Source: Eledone cirrhosa
Taxonomy: Eukaryota
DNA: 64,000 bases
Direction: 5' to 3'
Assembly (NCBI GenBank): GCA_964016885.1
Contig: OZ024745.1
Location: 102,734,001 to 102,798,000, forward strand
A program made the position numbers and the translations under genes. Shown here one piece after another: positions 27,820-41,020 of the stretch. Each line of letters starts with the position of its first letter. Position 1 is the first letter of the stretch. Below the pieces are notes generated by a model. It did not search any database, was not told the DNA's origin, and was given only the letters and a program-made list of their open reading frames with translations.

Positions 27820-28344
27820 AACGAAGGAAGTGTGGTAAGGAACCAGGTGGACGCACCAGAGTACTCGATACTTTGGGTAGTAGACTGGGTAATAGGAAAA
27901 GGTTCAGGACCCTGACGGCAAGCTCAAGCCGTTTCGACGGCTATCTTTCTCTCTCTCTCTCTCTCTCTCTGTATGTATGAAGGCTGCCCCCTCGTTATCG
28001 AGTATGGCCATTGCACGATATAAGATTATTAATAATTATCAATTAATGCTATCGTGCAATGCCTGTGCGTGAAGATTCTTTTAAAAGTGAGGAACGACTG
28101 TGCGCTGAGCCAATCCCACTCTCCGAGCGACAGTAGCTATAACCCGAAAAGAAGAAAAAATCAACATCATCGGTAACTACTGAGCCGCAGGTTTTATGTC
28201 GGAGTTATCCCAGTTTCCTGAGTTGCTTTTAAAAGATGCTCTGACAAAGGTTAGGGGTCCTTCACTCCCAATGGTTAAACAGTGCGATCGGGTATCCAGC
28301 CCAATTATTTCTGTCCGCGCGCATATACGTACACACGCATACAC

Positions 28345-28396
<52 letters not shown>

Positions 28397-28717
28397 CATA
28401 TATACACATGCATACACGTATATATATATATGCATACATATATACACATGCATACACGTATATATATATATGCATACATATAAATACATATTTACACACT
28501 TTGGGGAGGTCGTTAACCCTTATAGACTTCCGCCCTTTGTCAGGTTTTGTTTTTTGTCCTGCAGAGTGTCCAAAATGACCCCCCTCACCAAGTAAACTTG
28601 ATGGAGTTTCCGGTTTAGTCGCCGACGATCCTACCATGCGACATGTACTGGGTTACATGTTACCAGTAGCACTCAAGAGTGACCCGAAACACATATATAC
28701 ACACACACACGTACATA

Positions 28718-28797
28718 CAGGATGTCTCAAAACAATATTTACATACTTCAACAATTGTGTATAAATAAATCGTGTATATATTTTTATGGACACCCTA
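28718..28797. mobile_element. Tiny Tc1/mariner-type MITE (~80 bp)
   Basis: ta|caggatgtctcaaaa ... ttttatggacacccta|ta. Confidence 0.5.
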
Positions 28798-28812
28798 TAT
28801 ATATATATATTT

Positions 28813-29035
28813 ATTTATTCGTGTAACTAATTGTTTCTACGTTAGGCACAAGGCCAGCAAGTACCCAGTGTATTACTGGTACTTTATTTTATCGACCCCG
28901 TAAGGATGAAAGGCAAAGTTAACCTCGGCGGGATTTGAACTCAGAATGGCAAGGGCCGTAACTCTATGCGTCAAAGCATGGCGTCCGACCCTCTACCGAT
29001 ACTGCCAATCCACTGCCTTTATTCGTGTAACTAAT
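28813..29035 (-). mobile_element. Full-length family A SINE with 18-bp TSD
   Basis: tttattcgtgtaactaat lies on both sides. A and B boxes are intact. Confidence 0.92.
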
Positions 29036-29282
29036 ACTTGCAAATGATTGATTTAATTTAGTTTCTTCGAATCACAAAAAGAGTAAATATTTCGTTTTAG
29101 TTAAATGTTCTTTTTCACTTTTGGTTTTATTCAAGTTACTAGAATAATGAGCACATAGCATCAGAATATAAGTATTAGAAATATAATAACGAAAGGGTTC
29201 AAAATAACTTTTGTAAGTAATGATCTTGAACTGAAAGAAAGTGATGTCCGAACGAGTATCCTCCACTTCCAACTAATTTACC

Positions 29283-29405
29283 CTCCGCCTCTGGGTCCTG
29301 GCTGATAGGATAGGGAATACATTGCCCCGGCGGACGGCGAGGGAGATGCGCTGGAACAGCCTCTCCACCTTGCGGGACTTGCACCTGCGGACGGCCAACT
29401 CCGTA
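29283..29405 (-). mobile_element. CRE-clade LINE extreme 3' fragment
   Basis: TELAVRRCKSRKVERLFQRISLAVRRGNVFPILSA. Confidence 0.75.
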
Positions 29406-29437
29406 ACAAAAAGAGGCAAGTGTGCCCGTAATATTAT

Positions 29438-29635
29438 TGGCAGTATCGGTAGAGCGTCAGACATGCTTTATGGTATAGGGTTATGCCCCTTTACGATCCG
29501 AGTTCAAATCTTGCCGAGGTTAGCTTTGCCTTTCATCCTTACGGGGTCGATAAAATAAAATTCCAGTAATACACTGTGTTTGATTTAATTGACTTCCCAC
29601 TTCCCCCAAATTGTTGGCCTTGTGTTTAAAATAAA
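29438..29635 (+). mobile_element. SINE family A
   Basis: tggcagtatcggtagag...gagttcaaatc...gcctttcatccttacggggtcgataaaataa. Confidence 0.85.
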
Positions 29636-30391
29636 AAAAACAATATTATTTTGACATGAACTGTATTTTACGAATGTGAATCTTAACTGTTGAATTATTT
29701 GTATATTTTTAATGGAAAACCATAAAATGCTAGCTTCTTTAATAGCTGCATCAATAAATCACATCTGGTCGGAAAACATAGATTCTCCCTATTATTATTA
29801 TTACGAAGGGATATTTTTCCCTTATATTGATACACTTGTTTATTGTTTGATGCATTATATTCTGATGAAATTTGCAGTAATTCCACTAGGCACCAGATTT
29901 ATATAGAATATTCTTCTTTCCATATATATTTCAACGAACAGAGTTATAAACAAAATAATCGATTAGACTGGAGAATTTAAACATTCGATTTTTTTAAGAG
30001 CTATTAAAAATTCATTTGAGGAATGAAATTTGATATAATTATTGAGAACAGAATATATATCAAATGTCTAATAAATTATCCATATTATCCATTTCATTGC
30101 ACATTACTATACATCTGCCATTATTACAACATATTCCTTCTGAGACAATATGGCGCGATTATGATTTTCTGTCGTCTTTTGTCTAAACTGTGTGCGGCAT
30201 GCTATCATTTTGGATGTAACATTCATATTTCTATTGTGTTGGTGACCAATAACCCACTCGTAGCTCATAAAAAATATTATTGTATTTAATAAAATAACTG
30301 AATTTCAATTACTTGAAATTAAGGGCTCTATAGAAATGAAAAATATATTAAGAAAAATTATATAAAGAAAATCTTATTCAATTTCAATTAT

Positions 30392-30837
30392 TTGCAGAAC
30401 AAAAGAGTTATACAATATATTTTGCAAATTTTTTTTTTTTTTTTTCTAGAGGAATTTCAGAATATAAAACCAATTCTTTGTTAGATTGTTTCAAATCACA
30501 CACCTTAAGTCTCGTAGGCCAGTTGCAAATATTCTTTCATACATTTAATATAATGCGTCTTCAAATGGAAGTTGGGCCGTGTTTTCGAACTAAGTCACAT
30601 TCCATTCAATCTTCTAGTTAATATGTATCTCAGTTTTAAAAAATGGGAATTTAAAAGCTAATTTGAAATTGAAGTATAATTAATGTTGAAGTATAAATAA
30701 TGTTGAATGGTTAAAGCAGCTAATTGTATTAACCGCAGAATTTGTAATTGAGTAATTGTATTTGGTCGTGGGTCATGGCTGATTTAGATTTGTTGTATTC
30801 GTTTACCTATATTTCGTTTCGATGTTCAATTGGATTA

Positions 30838-30874
<37 letters not shown>

Positions 30875-31019
30875 GAACAAAAGAGTTATACAATGTATTT
30901 TGCAAATCTGTTTTTTTGTTTTTTTTGTCTTTTGAGAGGAATTTTCAGAATATAAAACCAATTATTTGTTAGATTGTTTCAAATCACACACCTTAACTCT
31001 CGTAGGCTAGTTGCAAATA
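30392..31019. repeat. ~140-bp direct repeat pair
   Basis: tgcagaacaaaagagttatacaat...ctcgtaggc(c/t)agttgcaaata at 30392-30530 and 30871-31019. Confidence 0.85.
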
Positions 31020-31922
31020 AGATTAGCTGATCAAAATTATCGGTAGCAACGAATGTCCCACTGTGGGCTTTGTAATTTAGAAATACTACATATTTTAAGG
31101 TACGATGGGATGCTGCTTAACAACAAAATAGAAAGATCAATTTTCTGTAGGTATAAAATAGCTATTAGATTCACAAACTCCAAACCACCATGATTTGAAC
31201 CAGCAATCCCAAAATTAGAACTGAACCACCTAGATTTTAACATATAGAATGCACACCATCGCACTGCTATTAGCTAACGGCCAACTGGTCACTGGATCAT
31301 AAATCTCTGAACATCTCTTTCACCCTCTCTCCCTGAAAAATCAGCAAAACATTTACAACAAGCGTTTATCAAATGTCCCGTAATCCCTAGCCCATAAATC
31401 TCATACATGTATCCCCCAATTAATCTCTAATTTATTGTTTTTACTTTTATCTATCACTACATCCGACCCTCTACACGTATCTATGTACATCTCGAACATG
31501 TTTTTTTTTCATGTTAGCACTAAACCCACCAACGAATCCTTATAAGAACACTTACTTAAAACTACTACTAACATACTATGTTCTTGCACGCTATCACTTA
31601 CTTATTTCTTTCTTTATATTTTCCATTTTCTCATTTTCTTACTTTTTAATGTACCCTATCTCATCTTTTAATTTTTACTTTTTACATCTGTAACTTCTCC
31701 ACCGATTTACCATATATGTTATTGTTTTGATTATACGCTATTTTTCTATATATGTCTTGCCTCGAGTGAATTATTTTCATAGAGGTAAATAATGTATTGG
31801 AGATCAAGTGACGCAACTTCAAGCGATTATCGAACTCTAGACTCACCTGATCAACGAAACAATTGTCAGTACTTTAAATAAAGCCCCTTATTGTACAGCC
31901 AACCATGTTACTCTTCATTCTT

Positions 31923-31981
<59 letters not shown>

Positions 31982-32189
31982 GACAATCGATCGACTTTAG
32001 TCAAATCGGACCGAGGAAACAACCTTTCTCTTGGTCTTTCGAATTGCTAATACTATCTATAGGTCGCAACTCCATGTAGATGGAGCAACGTGAAATAAAG
32101 TGTCTTGTTCAAATGCATAACGCATCGTCCAATCCGTGAATCGAACTCACGATTGCGAATCCAATTCTCTAACCACTCAGCCACGCACC

Positions 32190-32220
<31 letters not shown>

Positions 32221-32225
<5 letters not shown>

Positions 32226-32875
32226 TAAATTCAGTACTTCATCAGTGATCTTCCAACCTTCATTGGTATTTCATCGCTTTAAAGACCATATACCTCCGGT
32301 TGGTGCGAGCAACGGCTAAAGAACGTCGTTGGGGCACGTAAATAGGGGGAACGAGCGAGACAGTAAACAATCAAAGATGGTAATGCAACGAAAAGTGAGG
32401 AAGAAGGAGTCAAGGCCCTGAAATCGATGAACATAAGTTCTGTGAAATCGTGGACGAAAGAGAATAAAGACCATCAAACCTGGTCGAAATGTGAGTAAGG
32501 AAAGAATTTCGCACAGGTCAAACGAGAGGAAGAAGGAGTCAAGTCCCTAAAATCGCTGAACATAAGTTCTGTGAAATCGTAGACGACAGAGAATAAAGAC
32601 CATACGACCTGGTCGAAGTGTGCATGAGGAAAGAATCTCGCACAGGTCAAACGGGAGGAAGTAGGAGAAGGAGTAGCAGTGAGTGAAAGTGTGAGGAAGA
32701 GGCTAACAGAGAGAGATGCAGAGAAAAGGGGAAGCAGTAAGAAAGAAACAGACGGGTCACAGCGGAGGAAATTATATATGAATATGAAAACATGGCGTGC
32801 TGCGTGGTTGCAAATGGGTTACATATGAATAAATTTAGTCCTTCATTGGTATTTCATCGCTTTAAAGACCATATA
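32221..32875. mobile_element. Non-coding (TA)n-embedded element with terminal direct repeats and an internal ~130-bp duplication
   Basis: atgaataaat...ccttcattggtatttcatcgctttaaagaccatata at both ends. A second partial copy lies at 33184-33488. Confidence 0.7.
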
Positions 32876-33488
32876 TATATATATATGATACTATTGGTTT
32901 TAAATTTGGTTTTCACATACATGACAGACGGTCCGACAATCTAGACTGCCAAATGTCAAATAGAAAATTTGGGGAAAAGGGATACATTTATGTTAATGTT
33001 GGGTTCTATGTTTATAGAAATCCAAACAACAAACATTTGGAGACGAGGTGACTTCATGCCTGTAGCAGAGACGGATTATATGAATCATGGTTGAGTGGTA
33101 CTAGAATTTTGCCGTCGTTTGTGTGGCAAAACTTGACTGCCACTCACCAAAGATACATATGATTATATATATAATATATATATATGAATAAAGTGGTCCT
33201 TCATCAGTGATCTTCCAGCCATCATCGGTATTTCTTCGCTTTAAAGACCATATACCTCCGGTTGGTGCGAGCAACGGCTAAAGAAAGTCGTTGGGACATG
33301 TAAATAAAGGGAACAGCGAGAGTGTAAACAAACAAAGATGGTGAAGCAACGAAAAGTGAGGAAGAGCGAGTCAAGTCCAAAAATTTCCATGAATATAAGT
33401 TCAGTGAAATCGTGAACGAGAGAGAATAAAGACCATCAAGCCTGGTTGAAATGTGAGCAAGGAAGGAATTTCGCACAGGTCTAACGGG

Positions 33489-33650
33489 ATATTTATTAAA
33501 ATAACAGATTAAAGTTTAAGCAAAGAATCGCTGCTTTCACCCTTAAACTTTAATCTGTTATTTTAATAAATATTTGCTCTACAGTTCTTATATATTTGAT
33601 ATATATTTATCCTTATCGAGCTTCTTTGGATTCTAGTCTTCAGATTTATT
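33489..33650. mobile_element. Family X fragment with 32-bp fold-back arms
   Basis: Arms 33489-33520 and 33542-33573 with a 21-nt loop, followed by the module ttgctctacagttcttatatatttgatatatatttatccttatcgagc. Confidence 0.8.
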
Positions 33651-33662
33651 ATTATTACTATA

Positions 33663-33698
<36 letters not shown>

Positions 33699-33700
<2 letters not shown>

Positions 33701-34075
33701 GTTGTCTCCCGGTATTCTCGGGCGTTACGTTCCTAGAGAACCTGCGAAGAGTGAAAAACTGCGAATATTGGACGTGGTCCATAAAAATGCCTATAAACGT
33801 CAAAATATAACGTAAAATATAAGAAAAGGGGCGTCTAATAGGCTGGCAATATGGTAATATGTTAATTGTTTCTACTTTAGGCACAAGGCCAGCAATTATC
33901 CAGTGCATTACTGGTACTTTAATAATTTAGCGTTAAAAATATATATTGGCACGAAAAAAGGCATTAAAAAATAGCGGAAGATATCTACGATTCCGCGAAT
34001 ATGCGGTGGCTTGTACGAACAATTAGTCAGGTTCTAAGGTAAAATCCGCGAATACCGGGAGGGGGGAGGTCACTG
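33699..34075. mobile_element. pogo/Tigger-like MITE with an internal SINE A tail
   Basis: TIRs cagttgtctcccggtattctcgg and ccgcgaataccgggag...cactg, in TA context. Confidence 0.65.
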
Positions 34076-34106
<31 letters not shown>

Positions 34107-34202
34107 AACTTAGGAAACACGGAACTTTCACTCGATTAATTGTGATCCCGATTACTATTAAAATCTCGTCCTCACACAAGTTTCTAATTGAATAAACTAT
34201 TA

Positions 34203-34386
34203 ATAATTATTTCTACTTTCGGCACAAGGCCAGCAATTACTCAGTACATTACTGATACTTTATTTTATCGACCCCCGTAAGGATGAAAGGCAAAGTTAAC
34301 CTCGGCGGGATTTGAACTCAGAACGTAAAGGAACGTAACTATGCTGGTAAGCATGTCCGACCCTCTACCGATACTGCCAATTCACC
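34203..34386 (-). mobile_element. SINE family A
   Basis: Near full-length match to 2821-2999. Confidence 0.9.
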
Positions 34387-34904
34387 AAGGTCTATAACAT
34401 CGATTAATACGAAAGTAATAGATTCAATATTGTTTCCAAATGAAAAAATACCCACTCTCGGGTCTCGAATAATCGCCCACACACCGCTTATTCATACCCC
34501 CTCCCCCTCCCGATTATTAAATTTTGCTAATCTATCTCTGGTGAAATTTTATTCTAAGTGGTAGCATTCCTGCGGCAATTAATTTTCTACATAGATTAAA
34601 AAATATCATACATGACCGAAAAAGTACAAACCCAGAAACCTCATATGTTATACAAGAAATAGGATGGGTTGGGGTCTCAATATGTATAAACTAAACGACT
34701 AATTCTCTGTTTTTTTTTAAATTATCTAAGACAACCTAGAAAAATTAGTTATTTTTTTCACTTACTGACATGGCCACCAAGAAGTGTCCTGCGATCTCGC
34801 AGAGAACACAGTAGATAAATTCTCCGGAGGCTAATTTTTACGGCTTCAGTGGTATGAAGAACATTCTGGGGCCATCTGTTATCTATCAAAAATAACAAGC
34901 CGTC

Positions 34905-35104
34905 ATTATAAATAGGGCGGTGAATTGGCAGTATCGGTAGAGGGTCGGACGCCATGCTTTCCAGCATAGTTACGTCCAATTACGGTCTGAGTTCAAATCC
35001 CGTAGAGGTTAACTTTGCCTTTAATCCTTACGGGGTCGATAAAATAAAGTACCAGTAATGTAATTGCTGGCCTTGTGCCAAAAGTAGAAACAATTATAAA
35101 TAGG
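34905..35104 (+). mobile_element. Full-length family A SINE with TSD attataaatagg
   Basis: ggcggtgaattggcagtatcggtagag...agaaacaattat, flanked by attataaatagg. Confidence 0.92.
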
Positions 35105-37267
35105 CTGTCTTGGGGTCCTAACTCACTCAGTCATCTGCCTCTTCTGTTAGATCTTAGACAACACAGCTTCCTTGTCACTACGAGTTTACTATTATGTATG
35201 CTGTACTCAGATATGGAGATGGACAGGTTCCGCCAGGCTTAAGATGCCCAAGAAACGCCGTATGTCAATACGGCACCCCTATGATTCTATCAGGAGTTAC
35301 GGGACCATACCATGCTGATATATACTGTCTGGCTACAACTTGTCACTTTTTAATCAGACATCGTGCATTTAACAAGGAGACTCCAACACAACACAAGCCT
35401 TTTTGATCACTATATTCATTTGTGAATACTACAATCAAACTTTATATTTACGATTCAAAGTAATCATATATTTTTCCTTATTGCTGCAGTGAAGTAAAGT
35501 TATACGTTCAACCAGAATTATTGGTATATGTCGTGTTTATCATTCTCTTCCACAAAAACCAGAAACTTCGCTTCAGATTTACTTAGAACTTGTTGACAAG
35601 CACGTTTCTCCGTGTTAGTTTGGTTTATTACATTTATATCAGATAAAAATACATACATATAATCCATTAATGAATATGATACTATTTACAGTAACAATAA
35701 TAATAACAATTAATTTAAAAAAAAAGGGAAAGAATAGGGAAATATAGAGAAAAGGGTGAGAAAGAAAGAAAAAGAGCGGGGAAAGGATGGCAAAAGCTCT
35801 GTTGTTGCAGAAGAGAGGGGAGGGTAATTGGGCTTAGGGCAAAAGTGCTGTGCCCCGCGAACAAACGGCAAAAGCATTCCCCCGGACGATGGCCAGTGAC
35901 ACCCGCTGCAACAGCCACCCAACTTCGTGGGGCTCCCTCCTCAGACAGGTCGCCGACGCTCCGATCAATATTATACATTACGTTTTCCAAAGCGATTTAT
36001 CAACAATTTTTCCTATAACATATAACATAAGGTTTCTCTTTTATATTCATTTGCCTGGAAGCTTGTTTATGAAATTATTGTTTCTTCTGGGATAAAATAT
36101 ACAACAATAAAAGCATATTTACCGTGATATATTTTTATATCTTATATACCTTATAAATAATTCAAAATGATTAATTTGATGCTATTTTGACAAAATTGCC
36201 TGGACACGCTATAAGAAATATTTCGATTCTTGCTGCAATGATAACCAGTATCAGCTTAGTAACGGCTTAGGTATGTTTAATAAATTTATAAATCCACAAA
36301 TCATAGGTAAAATATACTAAGCTGTATCTACGATACATATTAGAATCTGTGACGTGAATAGTTTGTATAAGAAATTTTCTGTTTTACTAATCTCGAATCA
36401 ATTTTATTTACAATCATATTAAAATTGCAACTTTTCAAACGTTTATTCATGTGAATTTGATTCTTTGAGCCAAGTACACGACGCATATTCTTCTGTGTGC
36501 TTCACACGAGCTGGCACTACAACCGGCGATATTTCTTAATTTATGTCTGACAAATGGACCAAAATCCAAACCCCGTTTATAAACTGAGGCAACAGCGTCC
36601 GTAACAACAACAGCAATAACAACCGCAGCAGATGGTTATATGAAGTAGATACATAGATAGATAGATTTCTTTATTAGCCACAAGAGCGCACAAGAAAGGG
36701 GGACAAAACAAAGACACATGCCGGGAATTTTACATACAGTCGTGTAAAAATATGAAACAAACACATATAACAATCGAAATCCCCAATGGGGGGGGGGGGG
36801 GGGCACCACAAGTGGATTGTTTAATACCCCGTAGATAGAACAACCCTCAACTTCAGGAGCGTGTTCTGCAAGTGCTCCTTTCTTCCTTTTGTTCTCTTCT
36901 TCAACCTACAGGTTTATATACAGAGACGGCCCAATCACTCGGGCCATTTTTGCTCCATCTCTCTGTATTATGAACAAATGGGGTCCCACGTGCTGGCCGC
37001 CACACAGCACCGGCGGACAGAATGGAGAAGGCGTTTCCCCTGGAGGAAGGTATGGAAGATGCGCAGGAAGAGCCAGATATTCAATGACCTTTGAGATGTT
37101 CAGGTGTGCTTGGCTGCTGACAAAGTAGCAGATGATGCAAGCAAGCGTGCTTCGTTATTCCAGGCCCTTAACCTCGCAATTTTCCGTGTAAATACCGTGA
37201 GGTGAATTATTGAAGGGAAACTCTAGCTCCACATGTGACGTGTAATTGAGTGAGCTCGTATTTTACC

Positions 37268-37593
37268 CAGAGTCAGATTTAATGGGTAGCAAAGGGAGCA
37301 ATTTCCCCGGGTCCTCTGCAATGGAGAGGGGTGGGGGTCCCCACCAACGACCGCTGTAGAAATATATTTATGACCTCTGCTGGGCTTTTTAGTTTTAGGG
37401 TGGTTAAAAATTTTTGAATTTAATACCTCAATATAGAACTTTTCAATGCCAATTATTTGCGACAAGCTGACTTTGATATGTAAAATCGGGTGTTTGTTGT
37501 GTATTTTTAAATTTTATTTTTGTATGAGGGGGCCCCCAAACCTGAATTGCCTCGGTGCCCCCCCCACCCCCCACCACCATTTAAATTCGGCCC
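37268..37593. mobile_element. hAT-like MITE, decayed
   Basis: Termini cagagtcagatttaa and ttaaattcggccc, with subterminal ggggccccc motifs. Confidence 0.5.
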
Positions 37594-38184
37594 AAATTCT
37601 ACCGATTTTTTGTTTTACTTACTGTTTCTTTTTTTTCTTTACTTTGACTATTTTATTTCTGAAAATTGTTAATCTTTCGATAATTTACGTAAATAAAAGT
37701 CTAAAATTATCAATTTAATTCTTACGTCCAGTGAGAACGTTATGTCCCCAACTAAAGGGTATTCTTTCGTAGGTTAGATAAATACATTGTTGAGAAATTG
37801 GAATTGACAGATAGTTCATATCAATTTCCCACCGCGTGTTGGACAATGAAATTACACACAATTCTACTTCATAGATTGTATAACTCAAACGCATTGAAAT
37901 CCTGTCAGCGTAGATGTGAGATTACGGCGTATACATTCTTCCTAATTTTCAAGGGAAGGGGCTGTATATTCAATGTCTACTAAATAGTTATTTTTTAAGT
38001 TTTAAAACAATAAAAAAAAACTGTTTGTATATTTATTATAATTACTAGTAGGAACACCGCCTCCCTGTATATATAAGGTGGCGGTGCATATGTGTGGGTT
38101 TCATAATATCTATAGCGATGTATATATAAATGCATGAAGAGGAATTGCATTTTTGATGTGCGAATAATACGACCTCGAGCCGAC

Positions 38185-38293
38185 AGATTCTAGAGTTCTT
38201 AAATATTTGATATATATTTATCCTTATCGAGCCTCGTGAAATAAATACGTTTGTTTATATTTTGTTATTGTGTATGCCAAAATATCTGTACAC

Positions 38294-38297
<4 letters not shown>
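38185..38297. mobile_element. Family X fragment (modules C-D)
   Basis: ttgatatatatttatccttatcgagcc is joined to tcgtgaaataaatacg...gtacacgaatata. Shared with 33575, 50835 and 61224. Confidence 0.75.
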
Positions 38298-38334
<37 letters not shown>

Positions 38335-38335
<1 letters not shown>

Positions 38336-40856
38336 TAGCAGAAGTACCCGGCGTTGCCCGGGTGTAAGTCGACCTTTGGTCTGTTAGAATGTGTGAAAGT
38401 TACTTCCCGCGCATCACAGGTTCAAAACTTCGAACTTCAATGGAAAAAAATAGGTTAGTAGACACAGGTGTGTAATTTATTAATTGTAGTTACACAGTGT
38501 ATCGTTGAAATTGTTCTCTGCACGACTGACGGAAGTCAAAATCGCTTGATATTGAATGTTCAGTTAATTTAAAGCAGGGTGAAAATGTCGATTACTTTCA
38601 GGGTTTTTTTTGTTTTTTTTTACAATTTTTGCGCTCACATGTGCAGAAGAAGAATTAAAAGGGCCTTTATCTTAACCGCGGCATAATGGCGAGTCTTTTG
38701 TGACAGTTTTCAAGAATATAGGACGTTCCTGTAAAAAGTTTTCCCATGTGTAACTTTGCCTTGTTTTTTTGCGCAAAGTCGAGCCCCGCTTCAGTTTTAT
38801 TGATTTTTTACATCAATGCGTGATCTCTGAAGTAGATTTGAGTAGCTAAAAACCTGTCCCGGTAAATTTGCTATAGGTGAAAAAAAGTTGATCAAAATTG
38901 TATCTAGGGTTATTGCTCTTTGCCACAGCCTCAAGCCTCGTCTGACGGGATGTTGGTGATTCCTCCGTCAGCGCTTGTTGGCGACGAAGGCGAACATCAG
39001 CAAGCCTTGTCGTACGTGATGTTGGTGACTCAACCAGCCGGGAAAGACGTCTATCAGCGAGTCGAGATTCGCGCTCAGCAGGTGTTTCCTAGAGAAAATT
39101 AATTAATTCTACTGGTTAGCTAAGCCAATGGCAGTGTCAATAGTAAATGAGAAAAGTCTAACATGAACAAAAGGGAATCAAGGTAAGACAATAAATTTAA
39201 TATAACTACGATTAGAATGTTGTAGTTGCTTAAAAGTGGTGACAGTTAGGATAAACGCAGTACTTGCTAACATTAAGGGAGAATATTGCATAAAGGATTA
39301 ATCAATTGTGAATGAACTCATACCCGAGAACGCCTAATTCGTTGTCTCAAAGCAATAGCTGTACCTTTTTTGGAGGTAAGTCTTGAACGTTTCCGTGTGG
39401 GCATAACGACGTGTAACGAAGCTGTTAGGTTAGAGAGAGGTGATTAAATACAGAGAGAGATGACACCAGATTCGTTAGCATGGTTACTGGTGAATGGGAA
39501 GGTTTGGAAATATGATTACAATAACTTACCGAATTTTCCCGTCTATAAATTGCACTTAAAATAATTAAATTTAATCAAAAAACAGCTCTGCGCTTTATAC
39601 TCCGGTGAGCCTTATGTATAAATAATACAATGGTAATCAATCACGGCTCTAACAGAAGTAATAGATCTAGACTAAAAGTAAAGAAGATAGCATTTTCTGG
39701 TTGGCCTTACACGCCTTTGCGCGGACCGGATTTTAAATGATACGCCTTATATCCTGGTGAGCCTTATAGAGCGGAAAATATCTATTGGAAAAGAATACGA
39801 ATTCATGACCAAGGTGTGACAAAATAGGCGTCTATACAGCGCCTGAAACAAACTTGTCCAAAACCCTAGGATTTTTCTCGTTAAGTATCCACCCAAAAGG
39901 AACCGTTTTTTAGTTACAAAAAATAACCAAAGTGTATAGTAGCTATATTTCTGACATATCATGCCACAAAGAACAATATATTCAAAAAATGTTCTAAAGT
40001 ACATTCAATCTCTCTTTTTGACCGATATCTTAGTAAGCAAGTTATCGATTTTTTATTGGCTGTCAGTGTCTATCTGCATGCAGGTGTGCACGTGTGCGCA
40101 ATTAATTGCAAATACGCTCATAACATTTAGTCGTAAGCAGAACAAAAAATGCCATTAAAGGTGGGCTAATAATGAAGACACAAACTCTGGTGAATTTACG
40201 TTTAAACACCCGAAAAGTTACTCACTTCCTGTGCAAAAGACTGTATTATAAATTAAGTAATTTTTTAGAATCTTTTGTTTAAACAAGGAAAACATTGGTA
40301 CGACGTAAATTTTTTTACTTGTATTGTATGTGTACAACACAAGTTGGTTAACGTATTATTTAGTAATTTTTTTTTTCAAAAAGCATGATTATTTAAGACT
40401 GTTTGAAAATTTACGCACAGCTTTTAGGTTCACAAAAGACACCATTAAATTTGGTTCCCTTTTCAGATAGGGATAATACTGTATTTCCACTTGAATAAGG
40501 TGGAATATGAAAAGAAACTCTTTAATGGTCGGTCGTTTACTGAGACAGCTGGGAAGACATGCAGCTGGCCGTCCAATCAATAACGCACGTCCTTATATGG
40601 GCATATGAAATTTATTTTTATTGCGCCAGATGTAAACTAAGAGTTCTTGTGTTCGAATTCACATAAAATTTCATTGGAATCGAAAAACATTCTGTCATGG
40701 GGCCCGATTATCGATTTTTCGAAAATTTCAAGTAGCCTATTCCACTCTACGCGTTGAGTTTTATATATGTGTGAGGTTTCATGAAAATTGGATGAACGGT
40801 GTAGCAGGCAAGTTCGGTACACTAAACAATGTCCATCTTCCCTTTATATATATAGA
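38335..40856 (-). mobile_element. Non-autonomous Helitron (~2.5 kb)
   Basis: 5' A|TCTATATATATAAAGG at 40856. 3' hairpin cccgggcaacgccggg and CTAG|T at 38335. Confidence 0.8.
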
Positions 40857-40861
40857 TATAT

Positions 40862-40965
40862 ATATTAAAATAACAGATTAAAGTTTAAGCAAATAATTGC
40901 TGCTTTCACCGTTAGCCGGGATCTTCTGAAACTAAAAAAATCAATCTGTGAACGCAGAAGTAAAG
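40862..40965 (-). mobile_element. Family X fragment with variant hammerhead (40882-40933)
   Basis: Minus strand: agttt CAGAAGA tcccggctaacggt GAAA gcagcaattatttgc TT aaact. Confidence 0.65.
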
Positions 40966-41020
40966 ATTCAATAGTCTAGATTTTATGAGGGCACTGTGTA
41001 GCGGATAGTTTATATTAAAA

